A stretch of DNA of 64,000 nucleotides from a virus. The stretch lies in IMG/VR virus record IMGVR_UViG_3300025141_000025, positions 32,001-96,000 of that record; one strand, written 5' to 3'. Shown piece by piece: positions 47,607 to 57,493 of the stretch (the first letter of the stretch is position 1; the number at the start of each line of letters is the position of its first letter). A model generated the notes under the pieces. That model was given only the letters and a program-made list of their open reading frames with translations. It had not been told where the DNA came from and did no database searches. Position numbers and translations under genes: made by a program.

Positions 47607-49799
47607 TTATGATTCTAAATCAGATATTTTCTGCTTCAGTTGTTGTACTTCTGAGTTCAGTTCTTTGACAGCTTCAATCAGCACTGCGGTTAGCTTAGAA
47701 TAATCAACCGATAACATGCCATTGTGATTTTCCACCACCACTTCAGGTATTAAAGGTTGAATATCCTGAGCGATCACACCAATATGCCTAGGACCACCAT
47801 AAGTTTCGCGATATTCAAAGCTAACGCCTTGGCACTGGGTTATTTTTTCCAAACTGTCTTCAAGTGGCTCTATATTCTTTTTAAGATTCCAGTCGGATGA
47901 GTCATAAAATAACTTACCTGTCATGTCGATCTTTATCGCAGCACCACTTCCAGTACCACCCATTCCGGGATTGTATAAAGATCCGGAGGTAACAGTATCA
48001 CCGCCAAATACAGTCACGCCTTCAACAGACCCATTTTTTGCCCCTGTGGAACCAGAAACTGAAAGGAATATGTCATTTCCGCTTGGTCCGGTGGTCTGTG
48101 CATATGCGCTTATATGTACAACGCTTGCCCACAAGCGTGCCTGACCCTGGCCCTCTGCACCTCCAAAAAGACTTAATGTATTTGCGCCGCTATCACCCCA
48201 CCAATTACCAGCTCCAATCAATGAACCAGATATGACTGTATCACCACCTAGGCATGTGTACCTGTTGTCAATACTGTCACCAGCCAGTGGGTTAATTGTT
48301 CCGGAAATGTGAAATTTACAATCACTTCCTACAAATTCTTCCTGTCCATCATCACCATATGATGCAATTTTTATCTGGCCCTCATCACCATCAATAACAA
48401 AAAGGGCACCGTTATCTTTACCGTTAACAACAAAGTCCTGCGTAGAACCATCAGCTGACTCGGTTGGCGCGCCGCCAATAACCAACCCTCCGCTAACGAC
48501 CATGTCGCCACCAAAGACTGCAACACCTCCGGAATCTTTTCCGCCAGTTGTTCCTGATACGTGAAAGAATGTATCCTCACCTATGGAGATGTCTTGACCC
48601 TCATCTGTCGAGCCAATTATAACCCTGTCATTAGCACCGTCAACTTTGAATGCTGCAGTTATATTTTTAGTGTTGACAATAAAGTCTTCTTCGCTGCCAT
48701 CTTCCACGTCGGAAGGTGCGAATCCAACTGTCATACCCCCACTAACGAAAAGATCATTTTCAATCAAAGCTGATCCAGAGATGGCCAATTTATGTGTGCC
48801 TGGCACGTAGTTGGGGCCGACTGAAAAATTGCCGTTTTGATCCATTTGCATTCTAACGGCCGAAGCATACCTGAAAGTCATATTTGTGCCGGCAGCGGTG
48901 TTGAGATCAGTTTGTCCAGTGCTTCGGTGCGCAATACAATAAGCTGTGGTGGTGGCTTTATCCTGGTGGGCAAAAGCTGCAAAATCAGAGCTGCCGACAT
49001 AACCAATGTGTGCACGTCCTATTTGTGCCGCCCCTCTTTCATCATCTAAAACAAACATATTTGCTGGGCCAGAATCACCATGACCAGAACTGGAAACGAT
49101 ATGTAATGCGCCAGAAACGACAACATCACCACCAAATGCTGCTACACCATCATGACCTTTTCGACCGATAGAACCTGATACACTAAAGAATATATCATCA
49201 CCTGTAGGCCCACCAGGACTGGAAAAATTTGTAACCGCGTGATAACCGGCCATGCTCATTATTCTGCCAGTGGCATTATTTCCACCAAACAGGTTCAATG
49301 TTGCATGCCCGCCTACCGCAGATGGCATACCAGACACACCAACAATTGCACCGGATACATATGTGTCGCCCTCAAATAGCGTAACCTTCTGTCCGGACAG
49401 AGGCATTGTGGTATTGAGTGGATGCTTTGTACCAGAGACGTATAAAAACACATCCCCAATATCATGCTCAGTACTACCGGAGGTTATTTGTACAGAGTTG
49501 TCGCTGGTGCTTGGTACAATATATGATGCCGACAACGCATTTGTGGCGTGAATATTGGTTGCAAAAACGCAATTAGATGCTTCTATAAACATCAATCCTG
49601 AATCGCCACCAAAATCTCCACCATCGTTGTATTGTATTTGTGTATTACTACCGCCGGGAGACCCGGAACCACCTGCTGCTGTAATGGTTACAGCACCAGA
49701 CGAACCGGTAGCAAGAGTTATATTTGATCCGGCAACCAAAAACGCGTTCCCGTCGGAAAGCGTTGTAAGAGATCCGGATATAGGTCCTATAAGTGCCAT
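47607..49799 (-). CDS. Tail fibre with C-terminal intramolecular chaperone (peptidase S74)
   Basis: SSDWNLKKNI..GVIAQDI..PEVV..LSVDYSKLTAVLIEAVKEL; repeated FGGDxxxSG fibre motif. Confidence 0.9.
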   Translation of the reverse strand: MALIGPISGSLTTLSDGNAFLVAGSNITLATGSSGAVTITAAGGSGSPGGSNTQIQYNDGGDFGGDSGLMFIEASNCVFATNIHATNALSASYIVPSTSDNSVQITSGSTEHDIGDVFLYVSGTKHPLNTTMPLSGQKVTLFEGDTYVSGAIVGVSGMPSAVGGHATLNLFGGNNATGRIMSMAGYHAVTNFSSPGGPTGDDIFFSVSGSIGRKGHDGVAAFGGDVVVSGALHIVSSSGHGDSGPANMFVLDDERGAAQIGRAHIGYVGSSDFAAFAHQDKATTTAYCIAHRSTGQTDLNTAAGTNMTFRYASAVRMQMDQNGNFSVGPNYVPGTHKLAISGSALIENDLFVSGGMTVGFAPSDVEDGSEEDFIVNTKNITAAFKVDGANDRVIIGSTDEGQDISIGEDTFFHVSGTTGGKDSGGVAVFGGDMVVSGGLVIGGAPTESADGSTQDFVVNGKDNGALFVIDGDEGQIKIASYGDDGQEEFVGSDCKFHISGTINPLAGDSIDNRYTCLGGDTVISGSLIGAGNWWGDSGANTLSLFGGAEGQGQARLWASVVHISAYAQTTGPSGNDIFLSVSGSTGAKNGSVEGVTVFGGDTVTSGSLYNPGMGGTGSGAAIKIDMTGKLFYDSSDWNLKKNIEPLEDSLEKITQCQGVSFEYRETYGGPRHIGVIAQDIQPLIPEVVVENHNGMLSVDYSKLTAVLIEAVKELNSEVQQLKQKISDLES

Positions 49800-49819
49800 A
49801 TGTCCTCTAGAGTGTCAGT

Positions 49820-51955
49820 TTAATCAGTAACCTCTTCCATAAGTATCCGATAAACCTTACCCGTCGCATTGTTTCTAAGGCTTAGGTATGATGGTTCCTC
49901 GATCATGGTCCAGTTACCTCTTTCATTCTGTAAGTGGAGGTCACCTGTATAAATGTTTGCCCAACGCTTAGATGCAGAACCTAGATTCCGAGTAGCGTCT
50001 CCATCAGGAAGCACATCGCCCCCGCCAGGTTTCAAGGTGATATCCCCAGACTCTGAAACCAGTGTGAGACCTGATGAACCTGAGATAAACGTCTCCGATG
50101 AGGCAACCGATATTGCGCTACCTGTAACCACCATGGTCCCATGGCCTGCACTTAGCATCACCCCGGTCGACCCAGAAACTGTTAGCATGCCATTTGTTGT
50201 TATATTACTAGTACCCACAGCATCAACCGAGAAAGAACTTCCGCCATCAATAGTTATTGCGCCGGAGGCATCGATATCTAGGGTTGAAGAATCAATGTCG
50301 ATAGCAACATCAGCCGCTGTACCAATATTAATTCCACTAGCACCATCGATAGAGGTAGTTCCCGCCGCATCAACGTCTATACCGCCACCGGAAGATGTAA
50401 TCGCGATTGCTCCTGATGCATCAACATCCACCTGTGTTCCGGAAGCAACTAGTGTTCCTCCAGTGGAGTGGATGCTTATACCGGTTGAACCAGAAAGGGT
50501 CAAAGCACCGTTTGTAGTAATATTAGAAGCACCCACTGCATCAATTGAAAAGGTTGAAGTGCCATCAATAGTGATCGCACCTGAAGAATCGATATCAAGT
50601 GCAGCTGTATCAATATCGAATGCAACATCCGCTGCTTTACCAATATTGATGCCGCCGGCACCATCGATATCCACGGTTGATGATGCATCAATGTTTACTG
50701 CTGTTCCTGAAGCAACAAGAGTTCCTCCAGTGGAGTGAATGTTGACACCACTCGATCCGGACAGTGTCAAAGCACCTTTTGTGGTGACGTTTGAAGCACC
50801 GACTGCATCCACTGAGAATGTGCTGGTACCATCAATTGTAATAGCACCTGAGGCATCAATATCTAATGCAGCGGAATCTATATCTATAGCGACGTCAGCC
50901 GCTGTTCCAATATTGATTCCACTAGCACCATCAATAGAAGTAGCTCCTGATGCATCAACATCCACCGCAGAACCTGATAAAACAATGTTTCCGTCCGTGG
51001 TATGTACCTTGACACCGACAGAGCCTGATAATGTCAATTCACCGTTTGTTGTCACATTAGACGCACCAACACCGTCAATTGAAAATGTTGATGTTGTATC
51101 AAGTGTAAACGTAGTAGAATCTACATCAAGAGCCGGCGCACCATTAAGATCTCCGGTAAACATTGATCCTGCGTAAAGCGCTCCAGACACACATGTGTCA
51201 CCACCAAAAACCGCTGTACCGGTAGAATCGCTGTATCCTTTCGAGCCGATCGCACCCGATACATAGAAGTTCATGTCTGTGGCGTTAGACGGATCGACGC
51301 TGGTTGCTGCACCACCAGAAAGAATCAAGACCAGATCGTCCGATCCTTCCACGAAAATTGCATGCGTTTTATTATTAGATTCAACTCGGAAATCAACACT
51401 AGCACCTTGTTCATTAAACACGGCACCACCAGATGAGCTTAAGAAAATATCCGCATCACCCGGTGTTGCAGAAGTTGTACCTATGTTCAAAGAACCTGTA
51501 GTTGCAATAAACGTATTTGCTGGTCCGGACCAACCCACAGCATCAGCACTTCCCCCGCCGCCGGCGGCTACAAACGTAACCTGACCGTTGGAAGCCGATG
51601 TTATTGTCATGTTGGTACCAGCAACAAGATATGAAAGTCCGTCCGTTGTTTGGTGGATGGAACCAGAAATACTACCGCCATTCACATCATAGTTTTCAAC
51701 TACCAACGCGCCTGAAATATAAGTGTCTCCACCAAATACAGAAACACCAATTCCTGTACCGGAGTCAGGACCCGAATCCCCTCGTCCTCCAATTGCACCG
51801 GACACAAAGAGAACCGCATCGGGGGCTACTTCGCTTGCATCAGGTAAGTGTTGATTACTAGCTACAGAAGGCGGTCGCCCCACAATAACTGTACCTGTCA
51901 TATAAATTTGGAAGTCTGTGTCTGCTGAACCAGATATGTTTCCAATTAAAGCCAT
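49820..51955 (-). CDS. Tail fibre with ~90-aa internal beta-repeats
   Basis: FGGD motif, IDGASGINIGTAADVAIDID repeats, C-terminal NLGSASKRWANIYTGDLHL domain. Confidence 0.85.
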   Translation of the reverse strand: MALIGNISGSADTDFQIYMTGTVIVGRPPSVASNQHLPDASEVAPDAVLFVSGAIGGRGDSGPDSGTGIGVSVFGGDTYISGALVVENYDVNGGSISGSIHQTTDGLSYLVAGTNMTITSASNGQVTFVAAGGGGSADAVGWSGPANTFIATTGSLNIGTTSATPGDADIFLSSSGGAVFNEQGASVDFRVESNNKTHAIFVEGSDDLVLILSGGAATSVDPSNATDMNFYVSGAIGSKGYSDSTGTAVFGGDTCVSGALYAGSMFTGDLNGAPALDVDSTTFTLDTTSTFSIDGVGASNVTTNGELTLSGSVGVKVHTTDGNIVLSGSAVDVDASGATSIDGASGINIGTAADVAIDIDSAALDIDASGAITIDGTSTFSVDAVGASNVTTKGALTLSGSSGVNIHSTGGTLVASGTAVNIDASSTVDIDGAGGINIGKAADVAFDIDTAALDIDSSGAITIDGTSTFSIDAVGASNITTNGALTLSGSTGISIHSTGGTLVASGTQVDVDASGAIAITSSGGGIDVDAAGTTSIDGASGINIGTAADVAIDIDSSTLDIDASGAITIDGGSSFSVDAVGTSNITTNGMLTVSGSTGVMLSAGHGTMVVTGSAISVASSETFISGSSGLTLVSESGDITLKPGGGDVLPDGDATRNLGSASKRWANIYTGDLHLQNERGNWTMIEEPSYLSLRNNATGKVYRILMEEVTD
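50150..51130 (-). repeat. Tandem intragenic repeats of ~270-300 bp (3 full plus partial) encoding beta-strand repeats
   Basis: Recurrent GINIGxAADVAxDIDxxxLDIDxSGAITIDGxSxFSxDAVGxSNxTTxGxLTxSGS units; boundaries approximate. Confidence 0.8.
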
Positions 51956-51975
51956 TTTTTACTCTCCTTGATTAT

Positions 51976-54900
51976 TCATTCGTCTAATGGGATGAGCGCC
52001 ATTTTAAACTTTTTGCCGCTCTTATTATTGACAACACAGAGGTAATCCTCTTCCTCCACGATTGTCCAATCTCCCCTTTCGTTCTTGAGATGTAAATCTC
52101 CAGTATAAATATTAGCAAATCTTCGAGTTGGTGAACCTAAATTAGAACCGTGATCAGCCCCCGGCAGGAACGACCCACTGGTCACTAAATCACCTCCAAA
52201 GAGGGCAGCACCCTTCACCGAGGATCCTGCAGCGCCAACTGTACCTGAAACGAAGAAATTAACATCTGTTCCATTAGCCTCATTGGAGCTGGTCGCTGCC
52301 CCGCCCGAAAGTATCAGAACCTGGTCTGTTGATCCGTTGACAAAGATACCTGTCTTATTATTAGTATTGACTGTAAAGTCCCAGCCTTGACTAGAAACAT
52401 CAAATACTACGTTACCCTTGGTATTGATTGCCCCCTGCGGCGCGTATAATGACAATGTGTTAGAGGCTTGCTGCCAATTGATGTAGTTGTTTGAGTCTTC
52501 TCCATAAACCTGAAAGTCTACACCGTGATCATCTTGTCCTAGTGTTAGTTTACCGTGATCACCACCATCAGCATCCCATTGGAGCCCGATAGCACTCGAG
52601 TCTTCTCCGTAGAATATAACATCCTGACCCGCGCCTGGAGTGCTGACATAAAGTGCTCCGGATATAACAGCATCACCACCAAAAACTGTAGTGCCTCTCG
52701 CAGAAGTTCCTCTAGATCCGACTGTTCCTGAAACATAGAAGTTAACATCAGCACCAGAGGCTTCATTATATGAAGTTGCTCCCCCTCCAGAAAGTATTAG
52801 AACTTGATCTGTTGATCCATCAACAAATAGAGCATTTTCTTTATTATCAGACTCAACTCTAAAATCGACTGCAGCACCTTGCTCATTGAATACTGCCCCG
52901 CCATCTGAAGCGAAGTAGATGTCAGCATTACCAGGAGTTGCAGAATTTGTACCTACACTCAAAGAACCGGTGGTTGCAATAATTTCGTTAGCTGGACCGC
53001 TCCACCCAACTGCATCAGCCGCTCCACCACCAGATGAAGCTATTGTTACCTGTCCATTTGTGCCGGATGCGATCGTAATGTTGGCTCCAGCAACAAGATA
53101 AGATAGACCGGCGGATGTTTGGTGAATGGATCCAGAAATTGAACCGCCGTTTACGTTGTAGTTTTCTACAGTCAGAGAACCGCTTGTTAGAACGTCACCA
53201 CCGAAGAGGGCAGTTCCTTTTGCGCCGGCGCCTCTTGACCCTACGGCACCAGAAACGAATAAATTAACATCAGTTCCGTTTGCCTCATTTGGGCTAGTTG
53301 CTGCCGACAATGCGCCTGATAGGATCAGCACCTGTGATCCGCTTAGGAATACCTGTCCTTCTGCTCCTAAATTAATGCCGCCCTTTGTGTCTAGGTGAAT
53401 GGAGTCAGCATCAGATGACTCAACATCTACATGGAATTTTTTTCCGCTAGTGGCATCTACGTCAAATAACATACCGCCGGCGGTTGATTTTAATTTTATA
53501 GAATCAGCATCATTTGCAGTCGTTGCTTGGATGAGTACTGTTCCGTATCCATTGGCACCATCTGCGTCTAATCGTATACCACCCTCATCAGTTGCCATCC
53601 ATATAGAGGTAGCAGATTGTGATTCGTCAACAGAAAGATAGAACGTTGGGTTCGTTGCAACAGTACCACAAATCCTTGTATCCAAACCCCTTCCGCCGAT
53701 ATACCGTGACATACCTGCAGTCGCAACCGGAGTAGACAAGTCATATCCAGCGTCTATGTGTATTATACCCTTGTTTGCAGAAAGTTGTATTGCCCTGTCA
53801 GAAGATGTTCCCGACTCTTTATCCGATTTTAGTTCAATCATCGGACTGTTCGTGCCGTCATCACCAGAAGCGCCGAGGTAAATGGGCACTGACATAGCTG
53901 TCGTTCCGCTTACGTATAAACCTCCTGACACCATCAGGTCTCCACCAAAAACCGATGAACCTCTTACGGAGGTACCCCTGGAACCAACAGAACCTGAAAC
54001 AAAGAAACTAGAATCAGCACCCGGAATGGGGGGTGCCGCTGACGAAAATTCTGCGCTAGTACTACCAACAACAACTTGAGATGATGTAACAGTAAGTTGA
54101 CCCGTACCAGAATTGAGACCTAAACCCATAGCCCCAGCGGCTATAACCAAACCGGCAGCTCCGTTGGTAGCTAACAAAAAAGCTTGCTGGTCAGTTTCAT
54201 CTGGGTCTAATATAATTCTACCGGCATTAATAGTCAGGTCATTGTCACCATCCTCACTTATTGTAGAATTGCCAACCTTAAGTGAACTTGATGCGTATAA
54301 AGTTCCACTAGTAAATAAATCACCACCGAACACCGCGGTGCCCTTTGCCGAAGTACCCTTGGAACCAATTGAACCAGAAACATAAAAAGCGATGTCCGGC
54401 TTTGCGGATTCATCTACAGAAGTAGCCGCTCCACCAGATAGAATTAAAACCTGTTCATTGGAAGGCTGGGCAATACCGTAGATTAGCTTTTTCCCGGTCG
54501 TATCTGCATAAACGTTAAAGTCAACGTCGTTAGCGCTGTTATTAATATTAATTTCTTTTTGGGAAGAAGCCTGATCAAGTTGCAATGTTACGGTGCCACC
54601 CGCCTCCAAGGTCATAACATTGTCAGTTAAATTAATTCTTGTATGTGTATCATTAATGTGGCTGATGTATTGAGAAACAAACAACCCATCAGAACCAGAA
54701 ATTGCAAGAGATCCCGTTGATGAAATCCACCCTGCGCCTTCTCCACCACCTGGGGTATTCCCTGCCGAACCTGTAAACCACCCAGTGACTTCTCCGATTC
54801 CACTTCCGCCTCCAAGGCCGTGAACCGTTCCGGAAATTACGACGTCGCCACCAAAGACTGCTGTTCCTCGGACAGATGTACCCCGAGAGCCGGCTGTACC

Positions 54901-55434
54901 AGAAACATAGAAATTGATATCAGCCGCAGCTGCCTCATTATATGAAGTTGCCCCTCCACCCGAAAGAATTAGGACCTGGTCTGTACTAGCATCAACAAAA
55001 ATTGAATGAGTCTTTGTGTTGGACTCTACCCTAAAGTCGTTTTCAGATCCACCCTCACCAGATTCGTTAACTACTAATCCCTCGTGGATGGTTGCACTTT
55101 GAGAAACGACCAGTGATCCTGAAACCATCAGGGATCCTGTCGTTACTTGATTAACCTCAGCAACCAGTTTTTCTGCGTACATTGTACCGGAAATTACGAC
55201 GTCTCCACCAAAAAGTGTGACCGCTTCGCGGGTGCTTTTACTACCGGTGACAAACATGAATACATCAGTACCCACATCAGCAAGGAGTGTGGCATTTGAT
55301 AAAGCCTCCCCTTCATAGTTTGCAGAATCCGAAGCAGAAACTATTAGTATGCTTGGTTTATTTCCGACACCTGAACCGGATGCAATTATCTGTGAAAGCC
55401 TAACCTGACTAGCTCTAAAATCTTTAGTTGCCAT
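51976..55434 (-). CDS. Long tail fibre protein
   Basis: Multiple QVLILSGG..NFYVSGxxGSxG..FGGDxxxSG repeats; C-terminal NLGSPTRRFANIYTGDLHL domain. Confidence 0.85.
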   Translation of the reverse strand: MATKDFRASQVRLSQIIASGSGVGNKPSILIVSASDSANYEGEALSNATLLADVGTDVFMFVTGSKSTREAVTLFGGDVVISGTMYAEKLVAEVNQVTTGSLMVSGSLVVSQSATIHEGLVVNESGEGGSENDFRVESNTKTHSIFVDASTDQVLILSGGGATSYNEAAAADINFYVSGTAGSRGTSVRGTAVFGGDVVISGTVHGLGGGSGIGEVTGWFTGSAGNTPGGGEGAGWISSTGSLAISGSDGLFVSQYISHINDTHTRINLTDNVMTLEAGGTVTLQLDQASSQKEININNSANDVDFNVYADTTGKKLIYGIAQPSNEQVLILSGGAATSVDESAKPDIAFYVSGSIGSKGTSAKGTAVFGGDLFTSGTLYASSSLKVGNSTISEDGDNDLTINAGRIILDPDETDQQAFLLATNGAAGLVIAAGAMGLGLNSGTGQLTVTSSQVVVGSTSAEFSSAAPPIPGADSSFFVSGSVGSRGTSVRGSSVFGGDLMVSGGLYVSGTTAMSVPIYLGASGDDGTNSPMIELKSDKESGTSSDRAIQLSANKGIIHIDAGYDLSTPVATAGMSRYIGGRGLDTRICGTVATNPTFYLSVDESQSATSIWMATDEGGIRLDADGANGYGTVLIQATTANDADSIKLKSTAGGMLFDVDATSGKKFHVDVESSDADSIHLDTKGGINLGAEGQVFLSGSQVLILSGALSAATSPNEANGTDVNLFVSGAVGSRGAGAKGTALFGGDVLTSGSLTVENYNVNGGSISGSIHQTSAGLSYLVAGANITIASGTNGQVTIASSGGGAADAVGWSGPANEIIATTGSLSVGTNSATPGNADIYFASDGGAVFNEQGAAVDFRVESDNKENALFVDGSTDQVLILSGGGATSYNEASGADVNFYVSGTVGSRGTSARGTTVFGGDAVISGALYVSTPGAGQDVIFYGEDSSAIGLQWDADGGDHGKLTLGQDDHGVDFQVYGEDSNNYINWQQASNTLSLYAPQGAINTKGNVVFDVSSQGWDFTVNTNNKTGIFVNGSTDQVLILSGGAATSSNEANGTDVNFFVSGTVGAAGSSVKGAALFGGDLVTSGSFLPGADHGSNLGSPTRRFANIYTGDLHLKNERGDWTIVEEEDYLCVVNNKSGKKFKMALIPLDE

Positions 55435-55435
55435 C

Positions 55436-55750
55436 TTATCCTCTATAGTTCTTTTCTATCACAAACAGAAAACTACCCTGCGCCGAACCGGTGATAGGGC
55501 CACCAACTGATTGTGAAAGCACCAATTTTGTATCTGTGTTGACATGCGAACCACTAAAAAAATTCACATTCCCATATGGATTTTCGGTGGTGTCATTACC
55601 AAAATGAGTCATAAATCCATAAAATTTACCCTTTGAATCTAGGTTTGTAACTTCGGCCCCTGATGATCCTGACAACAGGTGTACATTAGTTTCTATATTT
55701 GTCACCGTAACAGTAGGTCCTGTTAAAATTGAGAAATTAGATAACCTCAC
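55436..55750 (-). CDS. Small virion/fibre-associated protein
   Basis: Coupled ORF in the fibre operon; three S/T-G-S motifs. Confidence 0.6.
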   Translation of the reverse strand: MRLSNFSILTGPTVTVTNIETNVHLLSGSSGAEVTNLDSKGKFYGFMTHFGNDTTENPYGNVNFFSGSHVNTDTKLVLSQSVGGPITGSAQGSFLFVIEKNYRG

Positions 55751-56094
55751 GAGCCCAACCTTACTGCTAAAATGTCGACATAACCTGTAAAGGGTGCGGA
55801 TGCCTTTATTGTCGCCTGCACTGAGTTTGTGTTATTTCCGTCTATGTAAATGTTTACATTCGGCCCACCAACATCGCCACCATCCCGCAAGAGGGCAATC
55901 AATTGATAACTAGCATCAGGAAATTGCACCTCGTATGTAAGGGTTGCTGTGGCGGTATTGTCAAAATATAAAGATCCAACTTCAATAGCTAGATACTCAT
56001 CACCCTGGTAGGTCATTCTTTTTGGTGCCCTTACCAGAGGGTATCTTTTTGAATATCTATTTCTATCAAATAATCTCGCTCTCAGACTTCCCAT
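55747..56094 (-). CDS. Small beta-sandwich virion protein
   Basis: First gene after the late motif; all-beta C-terminus (ATIKASAPFTGYVDILAV). Confidence 0.6.
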   Translation of the reverse strand: MGSLRARLFDRNRYSKRYPLVRAPKRMTYQGDEYLAIEVGSLYFDNTATATLTYEVQFPDASYQLIALLRDGGDVGGPNVNIYIDGNNTNSVQATIKASAPFTGYVDILAVRLGS

Positions 56095-56108
56095 TACACA
56101 CCTCTGGG

Positions 56109-56118
56109 ACTAAATATC
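56109..56118 (-). promoter_or_regulatory. Putative phage late promoter GATATTTAGT (copy 3)
   Basis: 14 nt upstream of ATG 56094, with an AGAGGTG RBS between. Confidence 0.65.
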
Positions 56119-56134
56119 TGAATGCGTGAGGATT

Positions 56135-57439
56135 TTATAGTAAATGCGAAGCTTCCGACGCAATAGTTGATCTAATTCCGATTGGTAAGTTTACATGTGA
56201 AGTGTTTAAAGATTCACGTAATTTTTTTGTTACCAGCGAAAGACCGTTAGTGTGCTTGTTAATGTAGGGGGTGTCTATTTGATCTGTATCACCCATGAGT
56301 ACTATTTTAGAACCTTCGCCAACCCGAGTAATTACAGTCTTTAATTCGTGAATTGTTGCATTCTGTGCCTCATCAAGGATAATATAAGAATTCGTGAAAG
56401 TTCTACCCCTAATGAAACTCATAGGCGCAATTTCAATTAATCCATTTACCCGCATGAGCTCAAACATACTTTTATCTTTAAAATGGTTTCTTAGATTGTC
56501 CATAACAGGAGCCATCCACGGCATCATTTTTTCATTCATGTCACCAGGGAGGTATCCAATTTCTTTTCCAACAGGTTGAATATTTCTAGTAATAACAATT
56601 CTTTCATACTTTCCTTGCTGTACTTGGCTAATTCCGGCCACCAAACTAAGAAAAGTCTTGCCTGATCCTGCCAAACCGGTCATTGTGACTAATGGAATTT
56701 TATCATTTAATAGCGCCCATAACGCAAATTTTTGTTCCTTATTTTTACCAGTCACGCCAAATGTTCCGCCTAATTTAACTTCATTATCAGGCACATGTAC
56801 CAACTGGCTGTTGAACGCATCGAATGCACATAATGCTGACTGGCCATCCTGCGATTTCATTAGCACAAAAGTATTGGGACTTAAATCACACTCATAATCT
56901 ATTTTTTTATCCTTGTACATTTGATCAATTTGATCCGCTTCTGGGATTATTTCTACAACACCAGGCCAATTATCTTCAGGAACATCTATGTAGTCAGTAT
57001 AGTAATCATCTGACATTAAACCTACTGCATCGCACTTGACGCGAAGGTTAATATCCTTGGAAACAACCACGATTGTCCTGTGAGGCTCACACGTATTCAT
57101 CTGGAGGGCTTCTAACAAAATCCTATTGTCACCATTATCTACGTTCAAAGGGAAGTTCTGGGGTACCTCTGGATAGGTCAGACGTACTGATACAGTGGCG
57201 CCGTTATCTAAGGGTGCCCCGGCATGCAATGGACCTTTTTCCCTAAGGGAGTCTAACAGCCTGTTAATGTATCTTGCATTTTCCCCAAGTGAACCTGGTT
57301 TTTCCTTGAATCTATCTAGCTCATCTATAACAACTAGTGGAAGTACTATGTCACAATTTTGAAAACTTTCTAGCGACATTTTATCATACAGCATTACGCT
57401 GGTGTCTAGAACAATTGTCTTACGTTTATTTTTTGTCAT
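56135..57439 (-). CDS. phoH: PIN-domain PhoH-family ATPase (PhoH2-like)
   Basis: VLDTSV..ELD..NGDNRIL..VSKDINLRVK (PIN); GLAGSGKT; GYLPG; RGRTF; DEAQN; TRVGEGSK; GDTDQID. Confidence 0.92.
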   Translation of the reverse strand: MTKNKRKTIVLDTSVMLYDKMSLESFQNCDIVLPLVVIDELDRFKEKPGSLGENARYINRLLDSLREKGPLHAGAPLDNGATVSVRLTYPEVPQNFPLNVDNGDNRILLEALQMNTCEPHRTIVVVSKDINLRVKCDAVGLMSDDYYTDYIDVPEDNWPGVVEIIPEADQIDQMYKDKKIDYECDLSPNTFVLMKSQDGQSALCAFDAFNSQLVHVPDNEVKLGGTFGVTGKNKEQKFALWALLNDKIPLVTMTGLAGSGKTFLSLVAGISQVQQGKYERIVITRNIQPVGKEIGYLPGDMNEKMMPWMAPVMDNLRNHFKDKSMFELMRVNGLIEIAPMSFIRGRTFTNSYIILDEAQNATIHELKTVITRVGEGSKIVLMGDTDQIDTPYINKHTNGLSLVTKKLRESLNTSHVNLPIGIRSTIASEASHLL

Positions 57440-57457
57440 TGAAAATCCGAATGTTAA

Positions 57458-57486
57458 AAATTACATTACAGATAATAAGTAGGCAA
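57458..57486 (-). promoter_or_regulatory. Sigma70-type promoter TTGCCT-N17-TAATTT for phoH; overlaps a plus-strand late-like motif GATAATAAGT (57471-57480)
   Basis: Divergent intergenic region with exact 17-nt spacing; the plus-strand motif is 8/10 identical to GATATTTAGT and lies 13 nt before ATG 57494. Confidence 0.4.
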
Positions 57487-57493
57487 AAAGTAT

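Noticed and set aside
47607-55434. Diversity-generating retroelement acting on fibre repeats
   Set aside because: No reverse transcriptase or non-coding template repeat in the window; repeat differences are not adenine-specific.
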